A stretch of 56,730 nucleotides of DNA from an uncultured Candidatus Saccharibacteria bacterium (GTDB taxonomy: Bacteria > Patescibacteriota > Minisyncoccia > Phycocordibacterales > DATDWN01): contig CAYJEE010000002.1 of NCBI GenBank assembly GCA_964369145.1, forward strand, positions 1-56,730. Reading direction: 5' to 3'. The notes beneath the pieces are model-generated. The model had not been told where the DNA came from, did no database searches, and saw nothing but the letters and a program-made list of their open reading frames with translations. Below are positions 43,422 through 52,114 of this stretch, piece after piece. The number at the start of each line of letters is the position of its first letter. Positions within the stretch are counted from its first letter, which is position 1. The translations under genes were made by a program, and so were the position numbers.

Positions 43422-44855
43422 TTAAGGTGTGGACTCAGAGCTTCCATCAAGAACCGTTCTTCCACATGCATCCGTTCCTGGAACACCATTCACTAATGTC
43501 ACAGTATTGTTGTTTTCTAAACAGTATCGCTGTCTATCTTGTTCGGCTCTAAATCGAACCTCTGCTTCTGATGGTGGTGTGTAAATTCCTGTAGGTTCTC
43601 CGCCAGTAAGAACAGATTGGAACTGAGCCGGTATCGTCGCCTCTATTCCCGCTCTTTCAGATTCGAAGCTTGATTGGGTTGACGATGCTTGAATTTGTTC
43701 CAATAAGGTACTTGATTTGCCTGCTTGTTTTTTACTTAATCCTCGAAGGCCACCCTGGACACTGTTGAGGGTTTGTTCAATCATCTGGGTCATCAAAGCA
43801 TTCACCACCTGATTGATTGAGTTTGTAAGCTCAAGTGTTGTTTCTGTACTGTTTAAAGATTTGGTGAGTTTTTCTGATATTACACTACCTGGAGTAACGG
43901 TTTGCTTTGCTACTGTACAGTCGGTAGCTAATATTCCACCAAGTTCTGAGCCTGCAGTGAGGTTTCCGTTATCATCTAAGAGTGAGGGGTCTATAACCTC
44001 GCAAGTAAAATTGCTACCACATCGTAGGCCGGCTCCACATACTGCACCACCTTCCAGTTCACACGCATCCCCTGCTCTGCCTACTATCTGACCTCTGTTT
44101 GCTGCCACTTCTGCTTTTGTTTTACCCTCAGGACACACCTCGAAAGACAAGAAACCTTTTCCTTGAGTGAGCTGTTTGTCGTATTTTGTATTTTGGACGT
44201 TAATTCGAGCGGAAAGTTGTCGAGAAGCATCAAAATATGCACCATATGGATTATTTTGACTTTCTTGGGTCATAGTAACCCATGCCTCCCACCCTCCTTG
44301 ACTAAAGTCGTTGGTGAAGTTTTCAAAATTAGCACCTATTCTGCTGAATGTACACTGAGATTGAAATTGGTCTTCCTGAAGATAGTTTTTTACCAATGCA
44401 AGTCTGACTTGTGGCTGGAAAGCTGTACAGAGCTGGTTGAGTGGAGAGTTTGCATTGAGAAAATACTGCGACGCTGTTCGGTCTCCAACATCTAAAAAGA
44501 ATTGTTCTGGGTCGGTCACGAATGCAGGGTTGCCTTGAAAGCCGGTGTTAATCCAATTGACAGTCTGTGCGGTGAGTTTACGGAGTATTGCTCGAGCGAA
44601 AGCGGTGGCAACAGTATCCAATACGAATGTTTTAAGGAAATTAGACACATCAGTCGATGCGCTCACGGTCGTCCCTGCCGCGGTTGTAACACCGGTGATT
44701 GCACTTATTGTGCTTTGAACCACGTTTGCAAAGTTCCACGTAGGCCAAGCGGCATCGGCCTTTTTTGCAGGTAGTGCAAAAAAGACAATAGGGAGGATGA
44801 TCAGGGTGATACAAATACTTGACAGAGCTTTTTTAGAGAAAAATGGTACGTTCAT
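43422..44855 (-). CDS. secreted hypothetical protein
   Basis: The ORF opens at 44966; MNVPFFSKKALSSICITLIILPIVFFALPAKKADA at 44855 is a signal peptide. Contains a Cys-rich insert (CELEGGAVCGAGLRCGSNFTCE). Confidence 0.55.
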   Translation of the reverse strand: MNVPFFSKKALSSICITLIILPIVFFALPAKKADAAWPTWNFANVVQSTISAITGVTTAAGTTVSASTDVSNFLKTFVLDTVATAFARAILRKLTAQTVNWINTGFQGNPAFVTDPEQFFLDVGDRTASQYFLNANSPLNQLCTAFQPQVRLALVKNYLQEDQFQSQCTFSRIGANFENFTNDFSQGGWEAWVTMTQESQNNPYGAYFDASRQLSARINVQNTKYDKQLTQGKGFLSFEVCPEGKTKAEVAANRGQIVGRAGDACELEGGAVCGAGLRCGSNFTCEVIDPSLLDDNGNLTAGSELGGILATDCTVAKQTVTPGSVISEKLTKSLNSTETTLELTNSINQVVNALMTQMIEQTLNSVQGGLRGLSKKQAGKSSTLLEQIQASSTQSSFESERAGIEATIPAQFQSVLTGGEPTGIYTPPSEAEVRFRAEQDRQRYCLENNNTVTLVNGVPGTDACGRTVLDGSSESTP

Positions 44856-44931
44856 AGAAATATATACTCTATTATATAAGATACAAGCATTATTTAATAG
44901 AACAAAAACAAATTTCTGTTGAAAAGTATTT

Positions 44932-45849
44932 TTAATTATTACTGAAATATTTTTGGATTCCTTCAAATCCGATTTTCAGCATAAGAGCATCTTTTTGAAA
45001 ATGCGCATACCCGATATATCCACGCATCGGGTCTTCTAAAACCAGTCTCATCTCAGATAGATCAGTATAAACTGAAGAAAGTGCATTAAGGTATATCATA
45101 TGCTCCGGAACAAGGTCTTTAGGTACAGGGATTTTAAGTATCTCAGTAAGGATATTTTTATACGCCTGTATAATAGGATCAAGTTTTTTAATGTCGGCAG
45201 GGTTTTGACTTTCAACCGCTTTCATCACTATTTGAAGCTCATTTTCCTTTGATTTTGGTGGATTTGCTTTCAATACCCGAATAAATGTCTCTATATAAAA
45301 AGTTTGAGACTCTAAAGTTTTTGGAACAATAGTGATATCTTTGAGTTGATATTGTTTAGCATTTGATTCAACGGGGATGTTTTGCATAACTAACTCCGCT
45401 ATTTCAAGTGCAGTTTCAGGTGTTACCTCTTGACCTCCTTTTTTTGCAAGTAAATATTGACCGAAAAAGTTTCGTGATACTTGGGCTGTAAGGGTGTTAT
45501 CCTCATTTTCTACCGAGTTTATCACCAGAGGGCTAATCTCCGTGCTTGCCTTATCGTTTGGTCCTACTTTTTTTGGATCTCTTCCTTGTTTTACTTCTTC
45601 TCCGTCAGTTGTACCATCTCCGTCAGTATCTACGTTTGTTGGATTTGTGCCAATCAGTCCCTCTTCCCAGTCTTTAAGGTCGTCCTTATCTGTATCTCCA
45701 GTCGAACTTTTATCAATCATGCTTAATATATCAGCAGTTTTTTTTGCGGTACTGTTTTTGGAAGTGGTTTGTATTTTTGATATTAGAAATACTGATGTAA
45801 TAACACCAATGCAGATAATAAGCGTTACTAACACTTTTTGATGTGCCAT
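44932..45849 (-). CDS. N-terminally anchored protein with acidic Ca-binding-like DxDxDG repeats; first gene of the minus-strand T4SS-like row
   Basis: TM anchor VLVTLIICIGVITSVFLI, then GDTDKDDLKDWEE...NVDTDGDGTTDGEE (thrombospondin type 3-like). Confidence 0.55.
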   Translation of the reverse strand: MAHQKVLVTLIICIGVITSVFLISKIQTTSKNSTAKKTADILSMIDKSSTGDTDKDDLKDWEEGLIGTNPTNVDTDGDGTTDGEEVKQGRDPKKVGPNDKASTEISPLVINSVENEDNTLTAQVSRNFFGQYLLAKKGGQEVTPETALEIAELVMQNIPVESNAKQYQLKDITIVPKTLESQTFYIETFIRVLKANPPKSKENELQIVMKAVESQNPADIKKLDPIIQAYKNILTEILKIPVPKDLVPEHMIYLNALSSVYTDLSEMRLVLEDPMRGYIGYAHFQKDALMLKIGFEGIQKYFSNN

Positions 45850-45933
45850 AGTGTTTTTAGTATATCATGACGTGATATACTAAAGGGTAATTATTATTGT
45901 TAATAACGAAGGGTGGTGTTGGTTTTTAAATAT

Positions 45934-47847
45934 ATGAAAAAGATATTTCAATATAGTGTCATGATGTTTATGTTTGCAGTGCCGTTTATTTCGCATGGAC
46001 AGACCACTTCAGGTACATGTACTGGTGAGATTCGTACTGATCTTGTTGCTGCTACAGATTGTATTAATAAAGCTACTGCACAAGGTCAATCACGTGGATA
46101 TACCATGAGTTGTACAGTAGAACAGCTTCCTCTTGGAGGGTTCACCGATCCTACTTCAGGTAAGGATTATATTCTTAACCCTGTCTGTACTGTAAATGGC
46201 TCTGAGGGTCACGGAGCGTATCTTCTTGCAGGATTTACTGCAGCTGCGGGGTCAAATGCTATTATTCAAAGTGTTAATCCTGGTTGGGATATTTTGAAAA
46301 CAGAGTTGGCATACGAAAGTGCATTTGCACAGTGTGGAGGAAAAGCACCGTATGGGTCTGTGGTAAATGGTGTGAGTGTTTATTCGTGTACTCCTCCACC
46401 TGGCGCGCTTCCTGTTCCTGCATCATCTGTTGGTTCGACAAAAGTTGGAACTGGAGACTCTTTATCTACAGAAGCGGCGGTTAAAGAAGTTCTCAAGTCA
46501 ATTTTTAGTGTTAATCAGGGTTTACTTCAGAATATCATGAATCGATATGGCGAATATTCACGGACAATGTTAAATCCAGGCACAACCACAGTTAACACTC
46601 CTGTATCTACAACACCCAACTCTCAATGCTACCAATTCACCAAAACTCTCCAGGTGGGTAGCTCAGGGCTTGAAGTGTATGCGCTTACGTATGCACTCAA
46701 ACACGAAGGTTTTCTTTCTCAAACAAGTAGCGTATTTGATACGACTACAATGACGGCTGTGAAAAGATTCCAAGAGGCGCATGCAACCGAAATATTAAAC
46801 ATTCTCGGGCTTACTCAAGGAACTGGAGTGATGGCTGAAAAAACTCGTGCATACTTGAATTCAACATGTATTGTACCCGCATCAATAAGTCTACCAACCA
46901 CGCCTACCACAACCTCATGTGCTGCTCCAACTCGAACAGGTATTAAAAATGGTGTATATCGATACACATTTACACAAAGAGGAGATAATTGGGTGGTGAC
47001 ATTAAATAATCCTGCATATCGGACACCTGGGGATCCATACTATGTTCCAGCAAACTTCTCATTTACTGCACCAAACGCACTTGATTTAAATAGACAAAAT
47101 CAAGGTAAATTTAACTATCTCCAGTCATTGCCAGGTACGGCAGAAGGAAATACAGAGTATGCAAACCTCTTTGGTTCATTCAACAACGCATATTATGACT
47201 GGAATGCACTTACTTCACCTCTTGGTGCGGGATGTGCCAATCCTACTGTAAATCCAAATCCTACATCTGGTATAACTGTTCCTACTTTAAACATACCTGC
47301 TACAGCTGTTCGGTATATTAAGATTTCTGTAGCAGACTGGGATACACTTCCGCTTGCATTGCGAGAGATTGTGGTGGTAAGTAAAAAAGGTACACTTGTA
47401 AAACCTGTAGCAGTAACTGCAACTAATTTTGATGCATTCAGTAATACAGTACCTGCAAACTTAATTGATGGTAATGAAAATAGTATTTGGAAAGCTACAA
47501 AAAGTATAGCGACGTGTTCAAACAGAGTGACTGCTGATCAGACTGCAGCGAGAGGTTCCGATGGTGCAATCCGGGCGCAGATTCAGTGTAGTGAAACAGA
47601 TGGTGATTTACAGGTTATCACTCTGGATCTCGGGCAGGCGATCGAGCTTGATCAAGTGAGAATTGTGAACTATGGATTTACAGATACACGAGTATTTGTG
47701 ATTGAGGTGGGTAGTGATGATCGTGCATACTCACAGATTGCAGAAGTCAGGGCTCGAACAACCGCGCCGATTGTAGATAAGGGTGTGGTATACGGAGTTA
47801 TGAAGTCAGCTTCTACTGTTGGTCCACTTCTCTACCCACTTCCGTAG
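45934..47847 (+). CDS. secreted protein with a peptidoglycan-binding (PG_binding_1-like) domain and a C-terminal discoidin/F5-8 type C-like domain
   Basis: ORF opens at 45913; MKKIFQYSVMMFMFAVPFISHG signal peptide at 45934. LQVGSSGLEVYALTYALKHEGF...TTTMTAVKRFQEAH. C-terminal YIKISVADWD...NLIDGNENSIWKA... Confidence 0.6.
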   Translation: MKKIFQYSVMMFMFAVPFISHGQTTSGTCTGEIRTDLVAATDCINKATAQGQSRGYTMSCTVEQLPLGGFTDPTSGKDYILNPVCTVNGSEGHGAYLLAGFTAAAGSNAIIQSVNPGWDILKTELAYESAFAQCGGKAPYGSVVNGVSVYSCTPPPGALPVPASSVGSTKVGTGDSLSTEAAVKEVLKSIFSVNQGLLQNIMNRYGEYSRTMLNPGTTTVNTPVSTTPNSQCYQFTKTLQVGSSGLEVYALTYALKHEGFLSQTSSVFDTTTMTAVKRFQEAHATEILNILGLTQGTGVMAEKTRAYLNSTCIVPASISLPTTPTTTSCAAPTRTGIKNGVYRYTFTQRGDNWVVTLNNPAYRTPGDPYYVPANFSFTAPNALDLNRQNQGKFNYLQSLPGTAEGNTEYANLFGSFNNAYYDWNALTSPLGAGCANPTVNPNPTSGITVPTLNIPATAVRYIKISVADWDTLPLALREIVVVSKKGTLVKPVAVTATNFDAFSNTVPANLIDGNENSIWKATKSIATCSNRVTADQTAARGSDGAIRAQIQCSETDGDLQVITLDLGQAIELDQVRIVNYGFTDTRVFVIEVGSDDRAYSQIAEVRARTTAPIVDKGVVYGVMKSASTVGPLLYPLP

Positions 47848-48736
47848 CGAGTTCTTGTGCGAGGGTCATCCATTGTAAAATAGAAAGATCTTCCCCACGA
47901 ACATTTTCAAGAAGTGCACAGTTGTGAAAGGCGCGCGAAAGTGCGTCTTTTGTATATATAGAAGAAAGATTTGATATTAAAATTTTTCGTTTGTGAGCAA
48001 GACCTGTTTTTACTATAGTAAAAAAATGTTGTGGGGAGGTTGTGCCGAGTTTTTCTTTAGAAATATCTGCAATATGGATAATAGCGGAGTCGACATTTGG
48101 TATAGGGAAAAATGAGCCACGTTTAACCACGGAAATAAGAGAGGGTGTGCCAAAAGCTTTTACTGAAAGAGAGAGTACACTTTCTTTTTTATCTCGAGCC
48201 ATGATACGTTCTGCAACCTCTTTTTGTACTAAAAGAGTCATGCTTTGTGGCGGTGTTTCGTGCTCTAAAAAGAGGCGCATGATTTCACCAGTGATATAGT
48301 ATGGAATATTTGCAACCACTGAGTACGGTCTGTATGTTTGGCGCACTCCTTTGTTGCTCGCTTGCGTTTGCTCCCGCAATATACCATTAAGTACATTTTG
48401 GTCGCAATCCGCACTCGCGCCTCGGATTGCATCCAAATCTAAAGACCTTAATGCGCTTTCAATGTCTATATTTAAAATATCACCTTGAATTACAATGAGT
48501 TGTTTATTTGTAATTTCCTTTGAAAAGGTTTCGGAGAGGAGAGGGATCATACGATCATCTTTTTCTACCACAATCACATGCGCTCCTGTAGTGAGGAGTG
48601 CTTTTGTGAGAACACCTTTACCCGGGCCAATTTCAAGCACGCTATCCCCTTTTTTGGCTCCAGATGCAGTCACCATATGGTGTACTGCTGCAGTAGAGGT
48701 GAGAAAGTTTTGACCAAGTGATTTCTTTGCTTTCAT
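47813..48736 (-). CDS. rsmA: 16S rRNA (adenine1518/1519-N6)-dimethyltransferase RsmA/KsgA
   Basis: KKSLGQNFL, VLEIGPGKGVLT, VANIPYYIT. The 3' end overlaps the convergent upstream gene by 35 nt. Confidence 0.9.
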   Translation of the reverse strand: MKAKKSLGQNFLTSTAAVHHMVTASGAKKGDSVLEIGPGKGVLTKALLTTGAHVIVVEKDDRMIPLLSETFSKEITNKQLIVIQGDILNIDIESALRSLDLDAIRGASADCDQNVLNGILREQTQASNKGVRQTYRPYSVVANIPYYITGEIMRLFLEHETPPQSMTLLVQKEVAERIMARDKKESVLSLSVKAFGTPSLISVVKRGSFFPIPNVDSAIIHIADISKEKLGTTSPQHFFTIVKTGLAHKRKILISNLSSIYTKDALSRAFHNCALLENVRGEDLSILQWMTLAQELATEVGREVDQQ

Positions 48737-48824
48737 GGGTTTAATCTAGCATTTCACGTGATGCTTGGCGAATCCAGTACATTTTGTTGTTAGGTTTCAA
48801 TCTATACAAGATTAATGGGTTCTA

Positions 48825-50822
48825 TTAGAAATCAATACTAAAGTATTTTCCACCTGCATTACCCATTGGTCCCATCATACTTTTCTTTTCTTGATCGAGA
48901 AAATCCTCATTGATGTCGGCGATAAAATGAGAGGGTGTGTTGATTTGTTTCGATCCAAAAATGGTTCGCATTTGTGCGAGTGTGAGATAGAGTTTTTTTC
49001 GTGCGCGAGTGATTGCTACATAAAACAAACGTCGCTCCTCTTCACTATCCTCACCCTCTTTTTTCTTTTCACCGAAACGTCGGTGAGGAAACAGATCTTC
49101 CTCCATACCAGAAACAAATACAGTATCAAATTCGAGACCTTTTGATGAGTGTACAGTCATCAGTTTGACTCCAGACGTTTCTTTTTTGAGTGAGTCTTGA
49201 TCTGAGACGAGTGCAGCGTCGGTAAGAAGTTGCTCAATCCCCTCTTCCGGTAAAAGCTCATCATATCCTGTGGCAAGTGTGACGAGCTCCATAATGTTCT
49301 CAAGTCTTTCTTGGTCTTCATCGTTTCCTTCTGCATACACCTTTGCCATACCTGAAATTTCGACGATAAAACGGATTGATTCGGATGTTTTGTTGGTTAG
49401 TATAAATTCTTTAATCCGCGCAAGCATTTCTTTGAAAAGACGTATCTTTTCCTGGGTTTTTAGAGGGAGACTTTCTGCTTCACCTGCTTCTATTTTATCA
49501 AGCGTTACTTTCCCGATACCTCGAGGCGGTACATTAATAATACGTGCTAAATCAAGAGTGCTTTCAGGATTTAAGGCAGATTTAATATAGGAGAGCATAT
49601 CCTTTATCTCTTTTCGTTCAAAAAATTTTGTTCCAAGCATTTGATAAGGTACTCCGTATGCGAGAAAAGCTTCTTCGAGGATTCGTGATTGGAAGTTGGC
49701 GCGAAAGAGTACAGCAATCTCGTCTGGCGAAGTACCTTGTTCTACAATCTCTTTACTTTTCTGAGCAATAAAATGCGCCTCATCAACCTCATTAAATGCT
49801 TCATACACACTCACTTTCTCCCCTTCTGCATTTTCAGTAAAGAGTTTCTTGTCGATACGCCATTTATTTTTTGAAATAATGTCGTTTGCAACTGCCAAAA
49901 TCATTTTGGTTGAACGATAGTTTTGTTCGAGAAGTATGACGTGTGCATGAGGATGCTTCTTTTCAAAACTAAGCATGTTTTTTATTTCAGCTCCTCTCCA
50001 GCTGTAAATGTTTTGATCGGTATCACCCACCACACAAATATTATGATGTTTTTCGCAGATTAATTCTGCGATCCTGTTTTGTACTTTGTTTGTATCTTGG
50101 TATTCATCGATGTGTACGTACTGCCAGAGGTCTTGATAATATGCTCGTATATCAGGATGTTTTTCGAGAAGTTCGAGTGATTTGAGAAGGAGATCGTCAA
50201 AATCAAGAGCTTTTTCTTTTTTAAGTGCAGATTCGTATATGTTCCAGGCTCGGGCAGTGATATCTGAAGTAAAATCATAACTTTGACGGGAAGCGAATTC
50301 GGTGTATGACACACCCAATCCTTTTTCTCGAGAAATAATACCAGCGACCTTGTCGAGGTGCTCTTTTGGTTCTACATTGAGCGACTCAAGAGCTTTTTTT
50401 AATGCTTTTTTCGAATCAGTTTTATCAAAAATACCAAAATGTCGTGGTAATCCGAGACGGTCTGCCCACTGTTTGATCATATATACTCCGAGAGAGTGAA
50501 ATGTGCTCACAAAAGGTGCGGCATTGTGGTGTTCGGCACGAAGAAGTGGGTCTTGTGTGAGGAGGTGTTCTACACGCTCGCGCATCTCTTTTCCTGCTTT
50601 ATTGGTAAAGGTAATCGCGAGAATATGGTGAGGGTGCACTCCATTTTTAATCAGATGAAGGATGCGGTGAGTGATTGTTTTTGTTTTTCCTGCACCTGCT
50701 CCGGCCACGATGAGTACAGGACCTTCTGTTGCAAGTACTGCGGTCTGTTGTGCGGTATTGAGTCCTGAAAGATAGTTGGTTGTGGCATCCATAGGCCACA
50801 CTATAGCACGATATTCATACAT
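48825..50822 (-). CDS. pcrA: ATP-dependent DNA helicase PcrA/UvrD family
   Basis: 665 aa. LNTAQQTAV, Walker A AGAGAGKTKT, DEYQDT, later SF1 motifs (VHSSKGLEFD, YVAITRA). Start codon uncertain (M1 or M11). Confidence 0.9.
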   Translation of the reverse strand: MYEYRAIVWPMDATTNYLSGLNTAQQTAVLATEGPVLIVAGAGAGKTKTITHRILHLIKNGVHPHHILAITFTNKAGKEMRERVEHLLTQDPLLRAEHHNAAPFVSTFHSLGVYMIKQWADRLGLPRHFGIFDKTDSKKALKKALESLNVEPKEHLDKVAGIISREKGLGVSYTEFASRQSYDFTSDITARAWNIYESALKKEKALDFDDLLLKSLELLEKHPDIRAYYQDLWQYVHIDEYQDTNKVQNRIAELICEKHHNICVVGDTDQNIYSWRGAEIKNMLSFEKKHPHAHVILLEQNYRSTKMILAVANDIISKNKWRIDKKLFTENAEGEKVSVYEAFNEVDEAHFIAQKSKEIVEQGTSPDEIAVLFRANFQSRILEEAFLAYGVPYQMLGTKFFERKEIKDMLSYIKSALNPESTLDLARIINVPPRGIGKVTLDKIEAGEAESLPLKTQEKIRLFKEMLARIKEFILTNKTSESIRFIVEISGMAKVYAEGNDEDQERLENIMELVTLATGYDELLPEEGIEQLLTDAALVSDQDSLKKETSGVKLMTVHSSKGLEFDTVFVSGMEEDLFPHRRFGEKKKEGEDSEEERRLFYVAITRARKKLYLTLAQMRTIFGSKQINTPSHFIADINEDFLDQEKKSMMGPMGNAGGKYFSIDF

Positions 50823-50903
50823 ATTTTATGTGGATAGGTCTAGTTGACCTCAGGTAGGGCTTAGGTATAATAAGTAAGTTCTTCAGAAACACAGTGGTAT
50901 AAA

Positions 50904-52082
50904 ATGGCTCTACATAGCCATTTACCGATATTCAGAATTGAAACTAATCTAACGCGTATAAGAGGAAACTCACATGAAGCGTTGCGTCGAACTGGTCTAA
51001 AAAACAAAACATCACCGAGCATTCGGAGAAGTCGAGTTGGGTCACAAGACACATATGCGAACACACAAAAGTCATTTACACTGATCACAAAGGTTGTTTT
51101 TTTGTGCCTACTTGTCGCACTACCCCTCGTAGCCTCTGCAGGTATCAGATCGTTTGTGTTTGGTATGTTTAAGGATGCGTCTGCCGAAAGCGAATTTGCG
51201 CCAAATTCACAAAATATGGCTCTATTGCAAGCAGCAACCGCACCTCAAAACCAGCCAGATGGTGGTGGTGATATAGCTATTGTGGACGGTAGTTCTCTCC
51301 TTGCAGAAACGTCAGGTGTCGCGGCGTCTGCAAAAGATCATTCTTTAGATCAAATTACGATTTATGTTGTTCGAAAAGGAGATACCCTTTCCGGTATTGC
51401 TAAAATGTTCAATGTGACTACAAACACTATCGTGTGGTCAAACGACATCACAGGAAATACGGTGTCACCAGGAGACCGTTTGGTAATCCTCCCTATCTCT
51501 GGGGTCCGACATGTGGTGAAAAAAGGAGATACAGTGCAGTCTATTGCAAAAAAATACAGTGGAGATGCTGATGAAATTGCCCAGTTTAATGATTTGGGAG
51601 TAAGTACAAAGCTTGCGGTCGGAGATACAATCATCATTCCTGATGGAGAAATGTTGTCCGGACACAATGACACTCCGAAGAAAACAGTGGGAACATCGGT
51701 AAAAAAAGTTCAGCAGTACCTTTCTGCGCCTAAGTATGATGGATACTATATTCGTCCAGTTATTGGTGGTGTAAAAAGCCAAGGGTTACATGGTCACAAC
51801 GGTGTTGATCTTGTTTCAGGTTTTGGAGCAAGCATCTTGGCTGCCGCAGATGGTGAAGTCATTGTAGCTAAAAGCAGTGGATACAACGGTGGGTATGGGT
51901 CATATGTTGTACTAAAACACGGCAACGGTACACAGACATTGTATGCGCACCTTTCCGGAGTACAGGTCGCGGTAGGACAGGAAGTACTCCAAGGTCATGT
52001 GATTGGAAATATGGGATCGACGGGTAAGTCGACTGGGACGCATCTGCACTTCGAAGTTCGGGGAGCAAGAAATCCATTTTAA
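50904..52082 (+). CDS. LysM-domain M23 metallopeptidase
   Basis: TM/signal segment, two LysM repeats (YVVRKGDTLSGIAKMF; HVVKKGDTVQSIAKKY), M23 motifs HNGVD and GSTGKSTGTHLHFE. Start uncertain because a TGGTATAAA box abuts the first ATG. Confidence 0.8.
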   Translation: MALHSHLPIFRIETNLTRIRGNSHEALRRTGLKNKTSPSIRRSRVGSQDTYANTQKSFTLITKVVFLCLLVALPLVASAGIRSFVFGMFKDASAESEFAPNSQNMALLQAATAPQNQPDGGGDIAIVDGSSLLAETSGVAASAKDHSLDQITIYVVRKGDTLSGIAKMFNVTTNTIVWSNDITGNTVSPGDRLVILPISGVRHVVKKGDTVQSIAKKYSGDADEIAQFNDLGVSTKLAVGDTIIIPDGEMLSGHNDTPKKTVGTSVKKVQQYLSAPKYDGYYIRPVIGGVKSQGLHGHNGVDLVSGFGASILAAADGEVIVAKSSGYNGGYGSYVVLKHGNGTQTLYAHLSGVQVAVGQEVLQGHVIGNMGSTGKSTGTHLHFEVRGARNPF

Positions 52083-52106
52083 AAAAGAGCCAAAAGGCTC
52101 TTTTTT
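52081..52106. terminator. bidirectional terminator
   Basis: aaaaaagagcc-aaaa-ggctctttttt. Confidence 0.8.
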
Positions 52107-52114
52107 AAAATAAG

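Noticed and set aside
33555-47847. Interpreting the T4SS-like locus as an integrative conjugative element using the XerC/D-like gene at 56364 as its integrase.
   Set aside because: The recombinase gene lies 8.5 kb away, beyond seven housekeeping-type genes. No relaxase or T4CP is present, no flanking direct repeats were seen, and composition matches the core genome. It more likely serves as the chromosome dimer resolvase.
47813-47847. 35-nt overlap of the convergent genes 45934-47847 and rsmA, as a sign of a frameshift or mis-assembly.
   Set aside because: Both ORFs are intact up to conserved-looking C-termini. Short convergent overlaps are common in compact genomes, and no disrupted motif was seen.
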